A stretch of DNA of 64,000 nt from Bacteroidales bacterium (GTDB lineage: Bacteria > Bacteroidota > Bacteroidia > Bacteroidales > UBA1402), in NCBI GenBank assembly GCA_028694375.1, contig JAQUTN010000001.1, positions 409 to 64,408 on the forward strand, read 5' to 3'. The notes under the pieces were generated by a model that had not been told where the DNA came from, made no database searches, and saw only the letters and a list, made by a program, of their open reading frames with translations. Position numbers and translations under genes: made by a program. This document shows positions 55,072 through 64,000 of this stretch, in pieces; positions within the stretch are counted from its first letter, which is position 1, and each line of letters opens with the position of its first letter.

Positions 55072-56202
55072 TTATCTGTTTTTAATACGAACTATAGCAC
55101 CGGTTTCGGGGTTTAACTCCACCATCAGCCGATCGCTAACCGGCAGTTGCATCAGATCGCCAAATTGTGCTACAACGAAATTGTCTCTGAATAAGATTTC
55201 CTGTCCTTTCAAAACACTTATCCCTACACTGTTGGGGTGATAGTAATACAAAGCACAGGTATGTTGTGCAGTTTCACTTTCGTTCATATCAGTGCTATCC
55301 TCTTGTTGGCTTATGATATCCGTTTCAAGATTGTGTACCAGGAAATGCACAGGATAACCGCTCAAATCTTCTTTGTCTACAACTCCCTTTTGAGTTGAAA
55401 AGCGAAACAAAACTTCGTAACTCGGGATTTTTTCGGGTGTATATTCAAGAACGTGTGTTTGAAAACTTTGTCGGCGACTCCCGGTAAATAATTCCGTATA
55501 ATACTTTTCCATGAGGTTTAGCTCTGTAAGTATTTTTTCCAGCGAGATTCCATCCTGGGGCATAACGTCCAGTTCTCCCTGTAACAGACTGAGCCGGGTT
55601 TCTCTTAATTCAAAGACCTTTTTGGCGGCCAATTCGGCCATACGAATGGAAGAACCGGAAAGTTGCATATCCTGGGTGTGAATAGAGGCAGCAGAACTGG
55701 CGCTGTAGTTTTCGGTATTTTCCTGACAAGTAATCCCTGTTTCTTGTTTTGCTGTTTTTCCGGAGCAGTCTTCAGCCGGGAGAACATCCATATTGACGGC
55801 TCTGAGAATTCCTTCGGAGGTAAATTGAAGATTAAGTTCAGGAACCTTAATGTCTACCGCCCTTTTTTTGGTGACTTGAGGTGCAACAGCTTGTATGTAA
55901 AATACTCTTTTACGATCGGGCCCTGTGTAAGTGTCTAATTCCACCGAAACAAGTTCTTTGCGTATTTCTTCGGTAGTTATTATGTCACTTATGCCAAGTA
56001 ATCTTTCGGAATACCGGGCATAAATGCCGGGTTCTTCGTGTATGGTTTTGCTCGTGACGTGTATTTTGAATACGGTTTTTGGAAGATGATAGCTAAAAGC
56101 ATCATAAGGGATATGGCCTTCAACAATACGACTATGAATCTGTGCAGTAAGGCTCGCGGATAAACCGAGTACAAGTAGCAGTAAAAACAGCTGTTTTTTC
56201 AT
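55072..56202 (-). CDS. Secreted protein of unknown function (DUF4831-like by recollection)
   Basis: 376 aa with signal peptide MKKQLFLLLLVLGLSASLTAQ. I recognise no catalytic motif. Confidence 0.65.
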   Translation of the reverse strand: MKKQLFLLLLVLGLSASLTAQIHSRIVEGHIPYDAFSYHLPKTVFKIHVTSKTIHEEPGIYARYSERLLGISDIITTEEIRKELVSVELDTYTGPDRKRVFYIQAVAPQVTKKRAVDIKVPELNLQFTSEGILRAVNMDVLPAEDCSGKTAKQETGITCQENTENYSASSAASIHTQDMQLSGSSIRMAELAAKKVFELRETRLSLLQGELDVMPQDGISLEKILTELNLMEKYYTELFTGSRRQSFQTHVLEYTPEKIPSYEVLFRFSTQKGVVDKEDLSGYPVHFLVHNLETDIISQQEDSTDMNESETAQHTCALYYYHPNSVGISVLKGQEILFRDNFVVAQFGDLMQLPVSDRLMVELNPETGAIVRIKNR

Positions 56203-56214
56203 AAATTCATTATT

Positions 56215-57747
56215 TCAAATTTGTCTTTTACTATGTTTGAAAGCTTCACCCAGGTATTGAATCAGATCTCCCGCAATAAGGCTTTCTTCTGATTGTTCTT
56301 TTAAGGCCAGATCTCCGCTCAGACCGTGAAGATATGCTCCCAGCAGACAAGTTTGAGCAGGCGAATAGCCTTGAGCGAGCAAAGATAATAAAATTCCACA
56401 CAGTACATCACCGCTACCTGCCGTTGCCATTCCCGGGTTGCCGCTGTTGTTGAAATGACAACTGCCGTCGGGGAAAATACTGCAGGTGTAGTGTCCTTTC
56501 AGAATAAGGTATATCCTATGTTTCTGAGCAAAAGCTCTGGCTTTTTCGAGGCGTTCGTAGCCGCAAGCCGAAGGGCCGGCTAGTCGGTCAAACTCCTTAG
56601 GGTGAGGGCTTAAGATGGATTCTGAAGGAAGCAGCTTTACCAATGATGGCTCTGCTGCCAGCATATTGAGGCCATCTGCATCAATCACCAGTGGATTTTT
56701 TGTGTCCTTCAATAAGGCCCTCATTATTTTTGTTTGACTCTGTCCTGTTCCTAAGCCCGGCCCTATAGCTATGGCAGAAAAACGGGCCCAATCCTGATTC
56801 TCCCGTGAAGAAATCAAGTCTTCGGGAAGCGGATAGCTACTTACCATTGCTTCGGGAATAGCAGTCTGAACACAGGTATATATGGCAGAAGGTACTCTGA
56901 TATTCAGCAGACCCAGGCCTGCTCTCAAGGCCGCACGTCCAGCCAGAATAGCTGCTCCAGACATGCCGGCGCTGCCGGCAATCAGCAGGCCCTGTCCGTA
57001 ATGCCCTTTGTGGCTGAATTTTGTTCTATTCCGCAAAAGAGCTTTAATATCACTATGTTCTACCAGAAAAAACTTAGTACTATGCCCTGCAAGAGCATCG
57101 GGCCGAAAACTCAGTGGACTAAGCTCCCATTCAGCTATGTAATTTTCGTTTTCGGGCAGTAAAAAAGCCAGTCGGGGAAATTGTATACCCAGCACCAGAT
57201 CTGCTCGTACAATATTTTCGGGTTTGTTTGTCCGGTTGTCTTCTCCATAAAGACCCGAGGGTAAATCTATGGAAATGCGTACTGCTTTTTGTTTGTTCAG
57301 CCAATGCACAATTCGCGCAAAATCTCCTTCCAGGGCTTTGTTTAACCCGGAGCCAAACAGGCCGTCTATGAGGTAGTCTGTTGGTGCTTCTTGTTCCAGA
57401 TCTTCGGGCGCGGCCTTCAACACGAATGACGAAGGAAACAGCGTCTGTAATTTTTCTGCGTTCAAAGCGCAGTCGTGCGAAAGTGCTTTGTTGCCGTTCA
57501 ACAAAATACATCTGAGTCTGAAACCAGCCTCCAGCATCAAGCGGGATAAGACCAGCGCATCTCCTCCATTATTTCCCGGCCCTGCAAGCACCAGAATACT
57601 TTTGTCGGGAGTAATTCGTAATTTGATACGCTCAAAAAGGCCTAGTGCAGCTCTTTCCATCAGTTCGAACGAAGGAATACCTTCGAGTTGTATCGTGTCG
57701 GCATCCAGTTGTCTGATTTGGGCAGTAGTGTAAATACTCAAGGCCAT
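56215..57747 (-). CDS. nnr: Bifunctional NAD(P)H-hydrate repair enzyme (epimerase / ADP-dependent dehydratase)
   Basis: 510 aa. The N-terminal YjeF_N domain has GPGNNGGD, and the C-terminal carbohydrate-kinase domain has GSGDVLCG. Confidence 0.93.
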   Translation of the reverse strand: MALSIYTTAQIRQLDADTIQLEGIPSFELMERAALGLFERIKLRITPDKSILVLAGPGNNGGDALVLSRLMLEAGFRLRCILLNGNKALSHDCALNAEKLQTLFPSSFVLKAAPEDLEQEAPTDYLIDGLFGSGLNKALEGDFARIVHWLNKQKAVRISIDLPSGLYGEDNRTNKPENIVRADLVLGIQFPRLAFLLPENENYIAEWELSPLSFRPDALAGHSTKFFLVEHSDIKALLRNRTKFSHKGHYGQGLLIAGSAGMSGAAILAGRAALRAGLGLLNIRVPSAIYTCVQTAIPEAMVSSYPLPEDLISSRENQDWARFSAIAIGPGLGTGQSQTKIMRALLKDTKNPLVIDADGLNMLAAEPSLVKLLPSESILSPHPKEFDRLAGPSACGYERLEKARAFAQKHRIYLILKGHYTCSIFPDGSCHFNNSGNPGMATAGSGDVLCGILLSLLAQGYSPAQTCLLGAYLHGLSGDLALKEQSEESLIAGDLIQYLGEAFKHSKRQI

Positions 57748-57883
57748 TTTTATTGCGATTAGCGGTTATTATATTCCAAAATGTGTGCAGAAACAATACA
57801 AATGTAAAAAATAATTCCTGAGCAATTTCGGGGCTGTCATTTTTTTGTATCTTCGTGACTTCTTTGTACGTATTCTGTGACTC

Positions 57884-58423
57884 ATGAAAACAGTTCAGGT
57901 AAAAGACCGGAGCTTTACATTACTTATTACGGCCGAACAGATCCGGAAAAGGGTTTCCGAATTGGCCCGGGAGATTAACAGAGATATGGAGGGCAAAAAC
58001 CCGCTGTTTTTGGTAATGCTCAACGGTGCTTTTATGTTTGCAGCGGATTTATTGAAAGAAATTAGCATACCCTGCGAAATAAGTTTTGTCAAATACGCCT
58101 CCTATTGCGGTGTAGAAAGCAGCGGAAGACTCAACAAGCTGATTGGACTGAAAGAATCGCTGCGTGATCGATGTGTAGTCATTCTGGAAGACATTGTCGA
58201 CAGTGGTTTGACAATGAGTCAGTTGTTGGAAGAATTGAAAACTAAAAAAACGGCTGAGTTGTATGTGGCCACCTGCGCCTTTAAACCTGAGGCTATAAAG
58301 ACTGATTTTAAGCCGGACTATATTGGCTTCTGTATACCGGATGTTTTTTTGGTGGGTTACGGACTGGATTATGGAGGTTACGGAAGAAATTTAGAAGCTA
58401 TTTACGAATTAAAGTCCCATTAA
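57884..58423 (+). CDS. hpt: Hypoxanthine phosphoribosyltransferase
   Basis: 179 aa with the PRPP motif VVILEDIVDSGLT and FLVGYGLDY. Confidence 0.93.
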   Translation: MKTVQVKDRSFTLLITAEQIRKRVSELAREINRDMEGKNPLFLVMLNGAFMFAADLLKEISIPCEISFVKYASYCGVESSGRLNKLIGLKESLRDRCVVILEDIVDSGLTMSQLLEELKTKKTAELYVATCAFKPEAIKTDFKPDYIGFCIPDVFLVGYGLDYGGYGRNLEAIYELKSH

Positions 58424-58470
58424 ACAAAAGGTATTGGGATTTATATAGAGGATAATTTAGAAAAAAAAGC

Positions 58471-59043
58471 ATGTTGAACATTGTTATTTTTGGAGGTCCC
58501 GGATCGGGTAAAGGGACCCAGAGTGTATTAATTGCCGAAAAATTTGGTTTAGAACATCTGTCCACCGGAGATCTTTTGCGTGCCGAGATGGCTGCAGGAT
58601 CGGAATTGGGCAAAGTAGTCCAGTCTTTTATTGCCCAAGGCAACCTGGTACCCGATAAATGGATTCTAAACATTTTGTCAAAAACCATTGATCATATAAA
58701 AGACAAAAAAGGGGTGATTTTTGATGGTTTTCCCCGAACCATAGCCCAGGCAGAGGCCCTGGACGAAATCTTAAGCAAAAGAAACCAAAAACTGCTCCTG
58801 TTGTTGGACTTACAGGTCCCCGACGAGGTGTTGCAAGAGAGAATGTTGTTTCGCAGTAAAACTTCGGGACGCACCGACGATAATCCCGAAACCATCAAAA
58901 AGCGCATTGATGTTTATCATCAGCTTACGGCTCCGGTCATAGAGTATTATAAGAATAAAGGCTTGTATCAGGCTATAAAAGGAAACGGAAGCGTCGAAAA
59001 AATATTTGCCGAAATCAGTAGTTGTATATCGGCTCATCAATAA
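58471..59043 (+). CDS. adk: Adenylate kinase
   Basis: 190 aa with the P-loop [10 protein letters not shown] and a short LID of the type lacking zinc. Confidence 0.97.
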   Translation: MLNIVIFGGPGSGKGTQSVLIAEKFGLEHLSTGDLLRAEMAAGSELGKVVQSFIAQGNLVPDKWILNILSKTIDHIKDKKGVIFDGFPRTIAQAEALDEILSKRNQKLLLLLDLQVPDEVLQERMLFRSKTSGRTDDNPETIKKRIDVYHQLTAPVIEYYKNKGLYQAIKGNGSVEKIFAEISSCISAHQ

Positions 59044-59051
59044 AAGAAATA

Positions 59052-60059
59052 ATGGCAGAAAGTAATTTCGTTGATTACGTAAAAATCTATTGCCGTTCCG
59101 GTAATGGCGGCCCCGGTTCAACTCATTTCCACCGCGAAAAATATATAGCCAAAGGCGGCCCCGACGGTGGAGACGGAGGCAGGGGAGGGCATGTTATATT
59201 ACGTGGCAACCGAAATTACTGGACCCTGATTCATTTGCGTTATCAAAGACATGTATTTGCCGAACACGGGCAGTCGGGCAGTGGTTCCAGAAGTACCGGG
59301 CGTTCCGGCGATGATAAAATAATTGAAGTACCCTTGGGAACGGTTGCTTACGATGCCGACAGTGGAGAATATTTATGCGAAATAAACGAAGACGGGCAGG
59401 AAGCCGTTCTGCTGAAAGGAGGACGTGGCGGCCTGGGTAATTGGAATTTTAAAACAGCAGTCAATCAAGCGCCCCGTTTTGCACAACCGGGTGAACCCAT
59501 GGAGGAACGCAGCGTGATTTTAGAACTAAAATTGTTGGCCGATGTTGGTTTGGTCGGTTTTCCCAATGCCGGCAAATCTACTCTGCTCTCGGTACTGTCT
59601 GCCGCCAAACCCAAGATTGCCGATTATCCTTTTACTACTCTGGAGCCCAACCTGGGTATAGTTTCTTACCGCGATGGTTTATCCTTTGTGATGGCCGATA
59701 TTCCCGGCATCATAGAAGGAGCCTCCGAAGGCAAAGGAATTGGTTTACGCTTTCTCCGCCACATCGAAAGGAATTCTGTCCTTTTGTTTATGATTCCCTG
59801 TGATAGTAAAAATATCATCGAAGAATATACTATTTTACTTAACGAGCTGGAACAATACAATCCAGAGTTGCTCGATAAAGCCAGGGTTCTTGCTATTACT
59901 AAATCGGACATGCTCGATGCGGAATTGACTACTGCTATTCGCAATGAACTGCCCGAAATTCCTTCTGTCATAATTTCTTCTGTCGGTCAGACCGGCTTGA
60001 CTGAATTAAAGGATTTGCTCTGGTCAGCCCTGAATAAGGATTTGTTTGAACAGTTATAA
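59052..60059 (+). CDS. obgE: GTPase ObgE/CgtA
   Basis: Starts [13 protein letters not shown]... at 59052. It has the Obg fold glycine-rich region and G-motifs [13 protein letters not shown] and TKSD. Confidence 0.96.
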   Translation: MAESNFVDYVKIYCRSGNGGPGSTHFHREKYIAKGGPDGGDGGRGGHVILRGNRNYWTLIHLRYQRHVFAEHGQSGSGSRSTGRSGDDKIIEVPLGTVAYDADSGEYLCEINEDGQEAVLLKGGRGGLGNWNFKTAVNQAPRFAQPGEPMEERSVILELKLLADVGLVGFPNAGKSTLLSVLSAAKPKIADYPFTTLEPNLGIVSYRDGLSFVMADIPGIIEGASEGKGIGLRFLRHIERNSVLLFMIPCDSKNIIEEYTILLNELEQYNPELLDKARVLAITKSDMLDAELTTAIRNELPEIPSVIISSVGQTGLTELKDLLWSALNKDLFEQL

Positions 60060-60192
60060 GCTGCATCAAAAGCCTTGTTACTGCACTATCTGAATATATA
60101 GGATGTCATTAATCCTATTGATCCGATCTCATAATATTAATAAAATATTATATAATAATTAGCAAAACAGTATATAAATAAAAATTAAACAG

Positions 60193-60200
60193 TATATTTG
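60193..60200 (+). promoter_or_regulatory. Candidate -7 promoter box
   Basis: tatatttg sits in an AT-rich spacer, 30 nt upstream of the ATG at 60230. Confidence 0.4.
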
Positions 60201-60229
60201 CCCGGAATTAATCAGAATTTTCTGGTATC

Positions 60230-61039
60230 ATGTTTAACTTTAAAAATTATACTGTTATGAGTTTCTTTATCTCTTTCGGGCAAAAACGGAGCCGCTTTTT
60301 ACCGGCGGCACTTTGCTTATGTCTTGTTTTGTTGTCGGTAAAAGTCAGTTCTTCTGAGGTTTATGTATCAGAGTCGGACAATTTGTTGCTAAATACAGGT
60401 TTTGAAATCTGGGAAGATAATATGCCGGCAGATTGGTTTGGCTCGGCCAGCAGTATTCCCGAAGCTTCGGTGTTTAAAAGCTCCGAAGCTCATTCCGGAG
60501 AATCTTCCTGTCGTTTGGTACGTACTCAAAAATCACATGTCCGCTTTAGTTCCAGTCCTATGACTTTAAGTCTTGGTGCTTACAGGTTTAGTTATTATGT
60601 AAAAGGAAGCGGTTGTATTCGAAACAGTTTTTACAACGGCAGTTCTTATGCAACCTATTCAGATTACGATACACTGAGCAACCAGCAGGAATGGAAAAAG
60701 AAAGTATATGAATTTGAACTCAAAAAGGACGCAGAACTGCAAATGTTGTTTTCGCTCTGTTTAACAGATTCAATTGGTTTGTTCATTGATGATGTTTTGT
60801 TCGAAAGCATTCCTGCCGACCTTGAGCATTCAGCTGAATCTTCGCCTTTGATATGGAGTGCTCAGGGGGTACTTAAGCTGCAATCGCCTCAACAACAGGC
60901 TTTGGTTGTATTCGACATGCTTGGGCGTAAGGTCTGCGAAAATATTGTTCAGGGAACTTTTAGTATTGCTTTGCCACGGGGTTTTTATTTAGTTAAAACC
61001 GAAAATCAGTCTAAGCCGCAGAAGGTTTATATTCCCTGA
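60230..61039 (+). CDS. Small T9SS cargo protein with a CBM-like jelly-roll domain
   Basis: 269 aa (alternative start ATG 60257). It has a signal peptide, the opening motif LLNTGFEIWEDNMPADWFG, and a C-terminus VVFDMLGRKV...GFYLVKTENQSKPQKVYIP typical of T9SS CTDs. Confidence 0.75.
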   Translation: MFNFKNYTVMSFFISFGQKRSRFLPAALCLCLVLLSVKVSSSEVYVSESDNLLLNTGFEIWEDNMPADWFGSASSIPEASVFKSSEAHSGESSCRLVRTQKSHVRFSSSPMTLSLGAYRFSYYVKGSGCIRNSFYNGSSYATYSDYDTLSNQQEWKKKVYEFELKKDAELQMLFSLCLTDSIGLFIDDVLFESIPADLEHSAESSPLIWSAQGVLKLQSPQQQALVVFDMLGRKVCENIVQGTFSIALPRGFYLVKTENQSKPQKVYIP

Positions 61040-61098
61040 GTTTTTGTTTCAATTTAATCTAAACAGACCTGACTTATGTGGAAGCTGCGTTAAAATAT

Positions 61099-61131
61099 CC
61101 GGACTTAATGGATTGTGCATTAATAGTCCGG
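61099..61131 (+). terminator. Hairpin downstream of the T9SS cargo gene
   Basis: ccggact...agtccgg forms a 7-bp stem with additional flanking pairs. There is no strong T-tract. Confidence 0.4.
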
Positions 61132-61161
61132 CTGTTGATGCAGTAGGCATTATTACATGCA

Positions 61162-61202
61162 AAACATCCGCTAAACTGCTTTTTGCAGTCCGGCGGATGT
61201 TT
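61162..61202 (-). terminator. Terminator hairpin immediately 3' of ssrA
   Basis: On the minus strand, aaacatccgc...gcggatgttt (10-bp stem) starts directly after the encoded CCA and is followed by a T-rich sequence. Confidence 0.6.
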
Positions 61203-61601
61203 TGGTGGAGCCGGAGGGTATCGAACCCTCGTCCAAACGGAAAACCAATAGGCTTTCTACACGCTTATCTTCGCTTAAATTTTCGACCCTGGGCAAAACC
61301 GAAGCCATCTACCCGGGGCTTATCTCCTTAAATCTCGGCCGGGAACCGGAGCCTTTCCCTGCCTATTTCCGATATTGCTGCACCACCTGGTCCGGACGCT
61401 TCGGAACCACAGCACCGGGGTGATGACCCGTTCCTGCCACTGTGACAGAAATTAAGCTTAGATCTACTATACTTCGATTAAGCAGCGAGTGCGTAATTGT
61501 TTTCGCCAGTTATTGGTTTGGTAAGGATATTAAAGTGCATTTTACCGTAGCACTGCGTGCTTACCTACCTGTTTTGACCGCTGTCAAAACCAATCGGCCC
61601 C
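61203..61601 (-). ncRNA. ssrA: Transfer-messenger RNA (tmRNA, SsrA)
   Basis: The reverse complement starts GGGGCCGATTGGTTTTGACAGCGG and ends GGACGAGGGTTCGATACCCTCCGGCTCCACCA. The acceptor stem has the G3.U pair. The tag ORF ggc gaa aac aat tac gca ctc gct gct taa encodes GENNYALAA* (61478-61507). ORF-track entries 61044-61331, 61202-61423 and 61442-62071 overlap it and are spurious. Confidence 0.95.
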
Positions 61602-61603
61602 TT

Positions 61604-63142
61604 TTATTTTGCGTAGCTTACGGCTCTGGTCTCCCGGATAACCGTAATTTTAACCTGACCGGGGTATGTCATTTCGTCCTGAATACGTTTGGCTATCTCT
61701 GCAGAGAGCTGTTCCGTATTCTTGTCGTCCACTTTTTCGGCACCAACTATAACCCTGAGTTCCCGTCCTGCCTGTATGGCATAAGTCTTGATAACTCCGG
61801 GGTAGGAGAGTGCCAATTGTTCAAGATCGTTCAGCCTCTTAATGTAGGCTTCTACTATTTCACGGCGGGCTCCCGGTCTTGCTCCCGATATAGCGTCGCA
61901 GACTTGTACAATGGGAGCCAGCAGGGTTTGCATTTCAATTTCGTCGTGATGCGCACCAATGGCGTTGCAAATATCGGGTTTTTCTTTGTATTTCTCTGCA
62001 AGTTTCATGCCAAGGAGTGCGTGCGGCAATTCCGGTTCATCGTCGGGCACTTTACCTATATCGTGAAGTAAGCCTGCTCTGCGTGCCTTTTTGGGATTCA
62101 GCCCCAGCTCTGAAGCCATTACGGCGCAGAGATTGGCTGTTTCGCGTGCATGCTGCAACAGATTCTGTCCATACGAAGAACGATATTTCATGCGCCCTAT
62201 CATTCTGACCAATTCCGGATGTAAACCGTGTACTCCCAGATCGATTGTAGTACGTTTGCCCGTTTCGATGATTTCTTCTTCGATTTGTTTGCGTACTTTA
62301 GCAACCACTTCTTCGATACGTGCCGGGTGTATACGGCCATCGGAAACCAATTGATGCAGTGCGAGTCGGGCAATTTCTCTTCTAACCGGATCGAAAGCCG
62401 AAAGGACTATGGCTTCGGGGGTGTCATCAACAATAATTTCCACACCTGTAGCGGCTTCCAACGCACGTATATTCCGTCCTTCCCTGCCTATGATCCGTCC
62501 TTTGATTTCGTCTGAATCAATATGAAAGACACTGATGGCATTTTCGATGGCTGTTTCTGTAGCTACGCGTTGTATGGATTGAACAACAATACGTTTAGCC
62601 TCTTTGTTGGCCGTCATTTTGGCTTCGTCCATAATCTCGTTTATATACGAAGCGGCATCTGTTTTGGCTTCTTCTTTTAAAGATTCTACCAGTCTTTCTT
62701 TTGCTTCTTCGGCAGATAAACCCGACAAGGCTTCAAGACGTTCGACTTCTTTGCGATGTTGTTTGTCCAGTTCCTGTTTTTTCTTGTCAATTATTTCCAG
62801 TTGTGCTTCAAGGTTTTCGCGAATGATTTCAAGCTCGTTTTTTTTGCGTTGCAGTTCATCTTGTTTTTGATTCAACTGCATTTCTCTTTGCTTTACTTTG
62901 TTTTCGTACGATTGAACCTTGTTGCTCCTTTGTGTGATCTGTCTTTCCAGATCGGCTTTCATTGCAAAAAATTTATCCTTAATTTCCTGCATTTTATTCT
63001 TACGGATAGCTTCCGCTTCCAGCTCGGCTTTTTTAATCTTATAGAGGTATTTCCCATTCAGGATATGCCTAAAGATCAGCCATCCCAGGAAGATCCCCAG
63101 AGACAAAGCCAATACTAAATAAACTATATACATTATATCCAT
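61604..63142 (-). CDS. rny: Ribonuclease Y
   Basis: N-terminal TM helix, coiled coil, KH domain ([15 protein letters not shown]) and HD domain (LLHDIGK...HH). The start is probably Met11 (63142) or Met14 (63133) of ORF 61604-63172. Confidence 0.95.
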   Translation of the reverse strand: MDIMYIVYLVLALSLGIFLGWLIFRHILNGKYLYKIKKAELEAEAIRKNKMQEIKDKFFAMKADLERQITQRSNKVQSYENKVKQREMQLNQKQDELQRKKNELEIIRENLEAQLEIIDKKKQELDKQHRKEVERLEALSGLSAEEAKERLVESLKEEAKTDAASYINEIMDEAKMTANKEAKRIVVQSIQRVATETAIENAISVFHIDSDEIKGRIIGREGRNIRALEAATGVEIIVDDTPEAIVLSAFDPVRREIARLALHQLVSDGRIHPARIEEVVAKVRKQIEEEIIETGKRTTIDLGVHGLHPELVRMIGRMKYRSSYGQNLLQHARETANLCAVMASELGLNPKKARRAGLLHDIGKVPDDEPELPHALLGMKLAEKYKEKPDICNAIGAHHDEIEMQTLLAPIVQVCDAISGARPGARREIVEAYIKRLNDLEQLALSYPGVIKTYAIQAGRELRVIVGAEKVDDKNTEQLSAEIAKRIQDEMTYPGQVKITVIRETRAVSYAK

Positions 63143-63231
63143 AGATGTTTGTGTTAAGTATATAAAAAACACTACAATATCAGGATCAATACCCTGATAG
63201 CTGTAGTGCGGAATTTGTTGTATTAACTGAA

Positions 63232-63528
63232 TTATATGATTTCTTCCAACTCTTTATCCAATTTGGATATACTTTCCATCAGGATATTATGGTCAGAAGA
63301 TTTTTCAAATTCTAATTTCTCGAAAGCAAAATGACAGGCCACCATGGCAAGGATGTCTTTAATATCCAGGTCTGATCCCTTAATGCCAAATTTATTCCGA
63401 TATTCAGTCACTGCATCGTTAACCAATTTAGCCGCTCTGCGATAAGCCTCTTCTTTGCTCCTTCTTATGCGAAGCGGATAATACTTTTCAGCAAGATATA
63501 GTTCAATTTTAAAAGTATCATCGTTCAT
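63232..63528 (-). CDS. zapA: Cell division protein ZapA
   Basis: 98 aa with ...[23 protein letters not shown]..., in the usual Bacteroidota position upstream of rny. Confidence 0.8.
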   Translation of the reverse strand: MNDDTFKIELYLAEKYYPLRIRRSKEEAYRRAAKLVNDAVTEYRNKFGIKGSDLDIKDILAMVACHFAFEKLEFEKSSDHNILMESISKLDKELEEII

Positions 63529-63530
63529 TG

Positions 63531-63827
63531 CTATGATTCATTAACAAGTGCAATGCATGTATTGATCTCCCGCACTAATTTTGACAGGCGTTGTTTGGTC
63601 GCTTTGAGGTCTTCATCCTGAGCAGACATCATTTTTACCATTTTAAGCCTGTCGTATTTTTGTGAGATGTCCCGAAGCTCCTCTTGAATAGAAAGATAAG
63701 ACATTTCCTTTTGCAATAAGGCTTCTTTTAGCGTCTTGTTCTCTTCTCTGAGAGTTTTGCAAAGTACAACTGCCTGTCGCACTCTGGCTTCGAATTGGAT
63801 TAGCAAACTTTGTTGTTCCTCCGTCAT
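63531..63827 (-). CDS. Coiled-coil protein (ZapB-like by context), unknown function
   Basis: 98 aa with heptad-rich sequence. Its stop lies 2 nt before the zapA start. Confidence 0.65.
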   Translation of the reverse strand: MTEEQQSLLIQFEARVRQAVVLCKTLREENKTLKEALLQKEMSYLSIQEELRDISQKYDRLKMVKMMSAQDEDLKATKQRLSKLVREINTCIALVNES

Positions 63828-63846
63828 ATCTCACCGAAATTATCCA

Positions 63847-63854
63847 CAAAAGTA
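63847..63854 (-). promoter_or_regulatory. Candidate -7 box (minus strand) for the coiled-coil/zapA/rny/ssrA unit
   Basis: The plus-strand sequence caaaagta is TActTTTG on the minus strand, 20 nt upstream of the start at 63827. Confidence 0.4.
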
Positions 63855-63961
63855 AACTTTAGTTTTACCAATAACAAATTAAATTCAAGTTTTTATATAC
63901 TTCAAAGGCCTTATTTTCATAAAAATGTCAGGACTTTGATAGTAGGATTTAATTTAACGCA

Positions 63962-63992
63962 CAAGCCCCGGCGAAATTTTCGCCGGGGCTTG
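63962..63992. terminator. Perfect GC-rich palindrome (terminator candidate for a gene right of the window)
   Basis: caagccccggcgaaa-t-tttcgccggggcttg has 15-nt arms. Confidence 0.6.
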
Positions 63993-64000
63993 CTATGGTT

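Noticed and set aside
60060-61202. Genomic island integrated at the 3' end of ssrA
   Set aside because: I found no integrase and no direct repeat of the ssrA 3' end (tggtggagccgg...) downstream. The interval holds only one small T9SS cargo gene before obgE. The idea is kept only as a low-interest note.
61044-62071. ORF-track entries 61044-61331, 61202-61423 and 61442-62071 (+)
   Set aside because: They overlap the tmRNA gene (61203-61601) and the 3' part of rny on the opposite strand. The tmRNA identification (acceptor stem with G3.U, T-arm, CCA, GENNYALAA tag) explains the region.

Overview
This 64-kb chromosomal segment reads as a Bacteroidota genome, Bacteroidales-like and T9SS-bearing. 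The evidence is recurrent TAnnTTTG -7 promoter boxes, T9SS C-terminal sorting domains, the uppS-bamA-ompH-ompH-murI block, a DUF2723 protein, and a tmRNA with a GENNYALAA tag. I call about 58 protein genes, mostly core housekeeping: purD, nadB, leuS, metK, greA, cobB, murI, bamA, uppS, ribD, prmC, recX, comF, pyrE, argH, clpB, rpmE2, fbaA, nnr, hpt, adk, obgE, rny and zapA. One RNA gene is invisible to the ORF track: ssrA/tmRNA at 61203-61601 on the minus strand. I found no CRISPR array, cas genes, transposase, integrase, toxin-antitoxin pair, recognisable defence genes, tRNA or rRNA. The non-core content has four parts. (i) An AT-rich minus-strand operon at the left edge holds two tail-fibre-like (peptidase S74 chaperone domain) paralogues, a Cys-rich lipoprotein and an S8 subtilase. 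(ii) A 1270-aa T9SS cargo protein is built from six NGDFE-x-W modules, lies next to a GH43 gene, and has a (DPG)7 linker. (iii) An envelope-glycan cluster at 24.1-30.3 kb contains a DUF2723 GT-C protein, a CE4 deacetylase, a GT2 fused to a Kdo/WaaP-type kinase, and a GT-A-like protein. (iv) Three non-coding structures stand out: tandem two-hairpin modules upstream of purD, an H-type pseudoknot with SAM-II-like strings in the metK leader, and ssrA starting 2 nt after the rny stop codon. I cannot point to a clear-cut novel multi-gene system. The findings below are the best candidates, and all family assignments come from motif recognition by eye and need HMM or BLAST confirmation.
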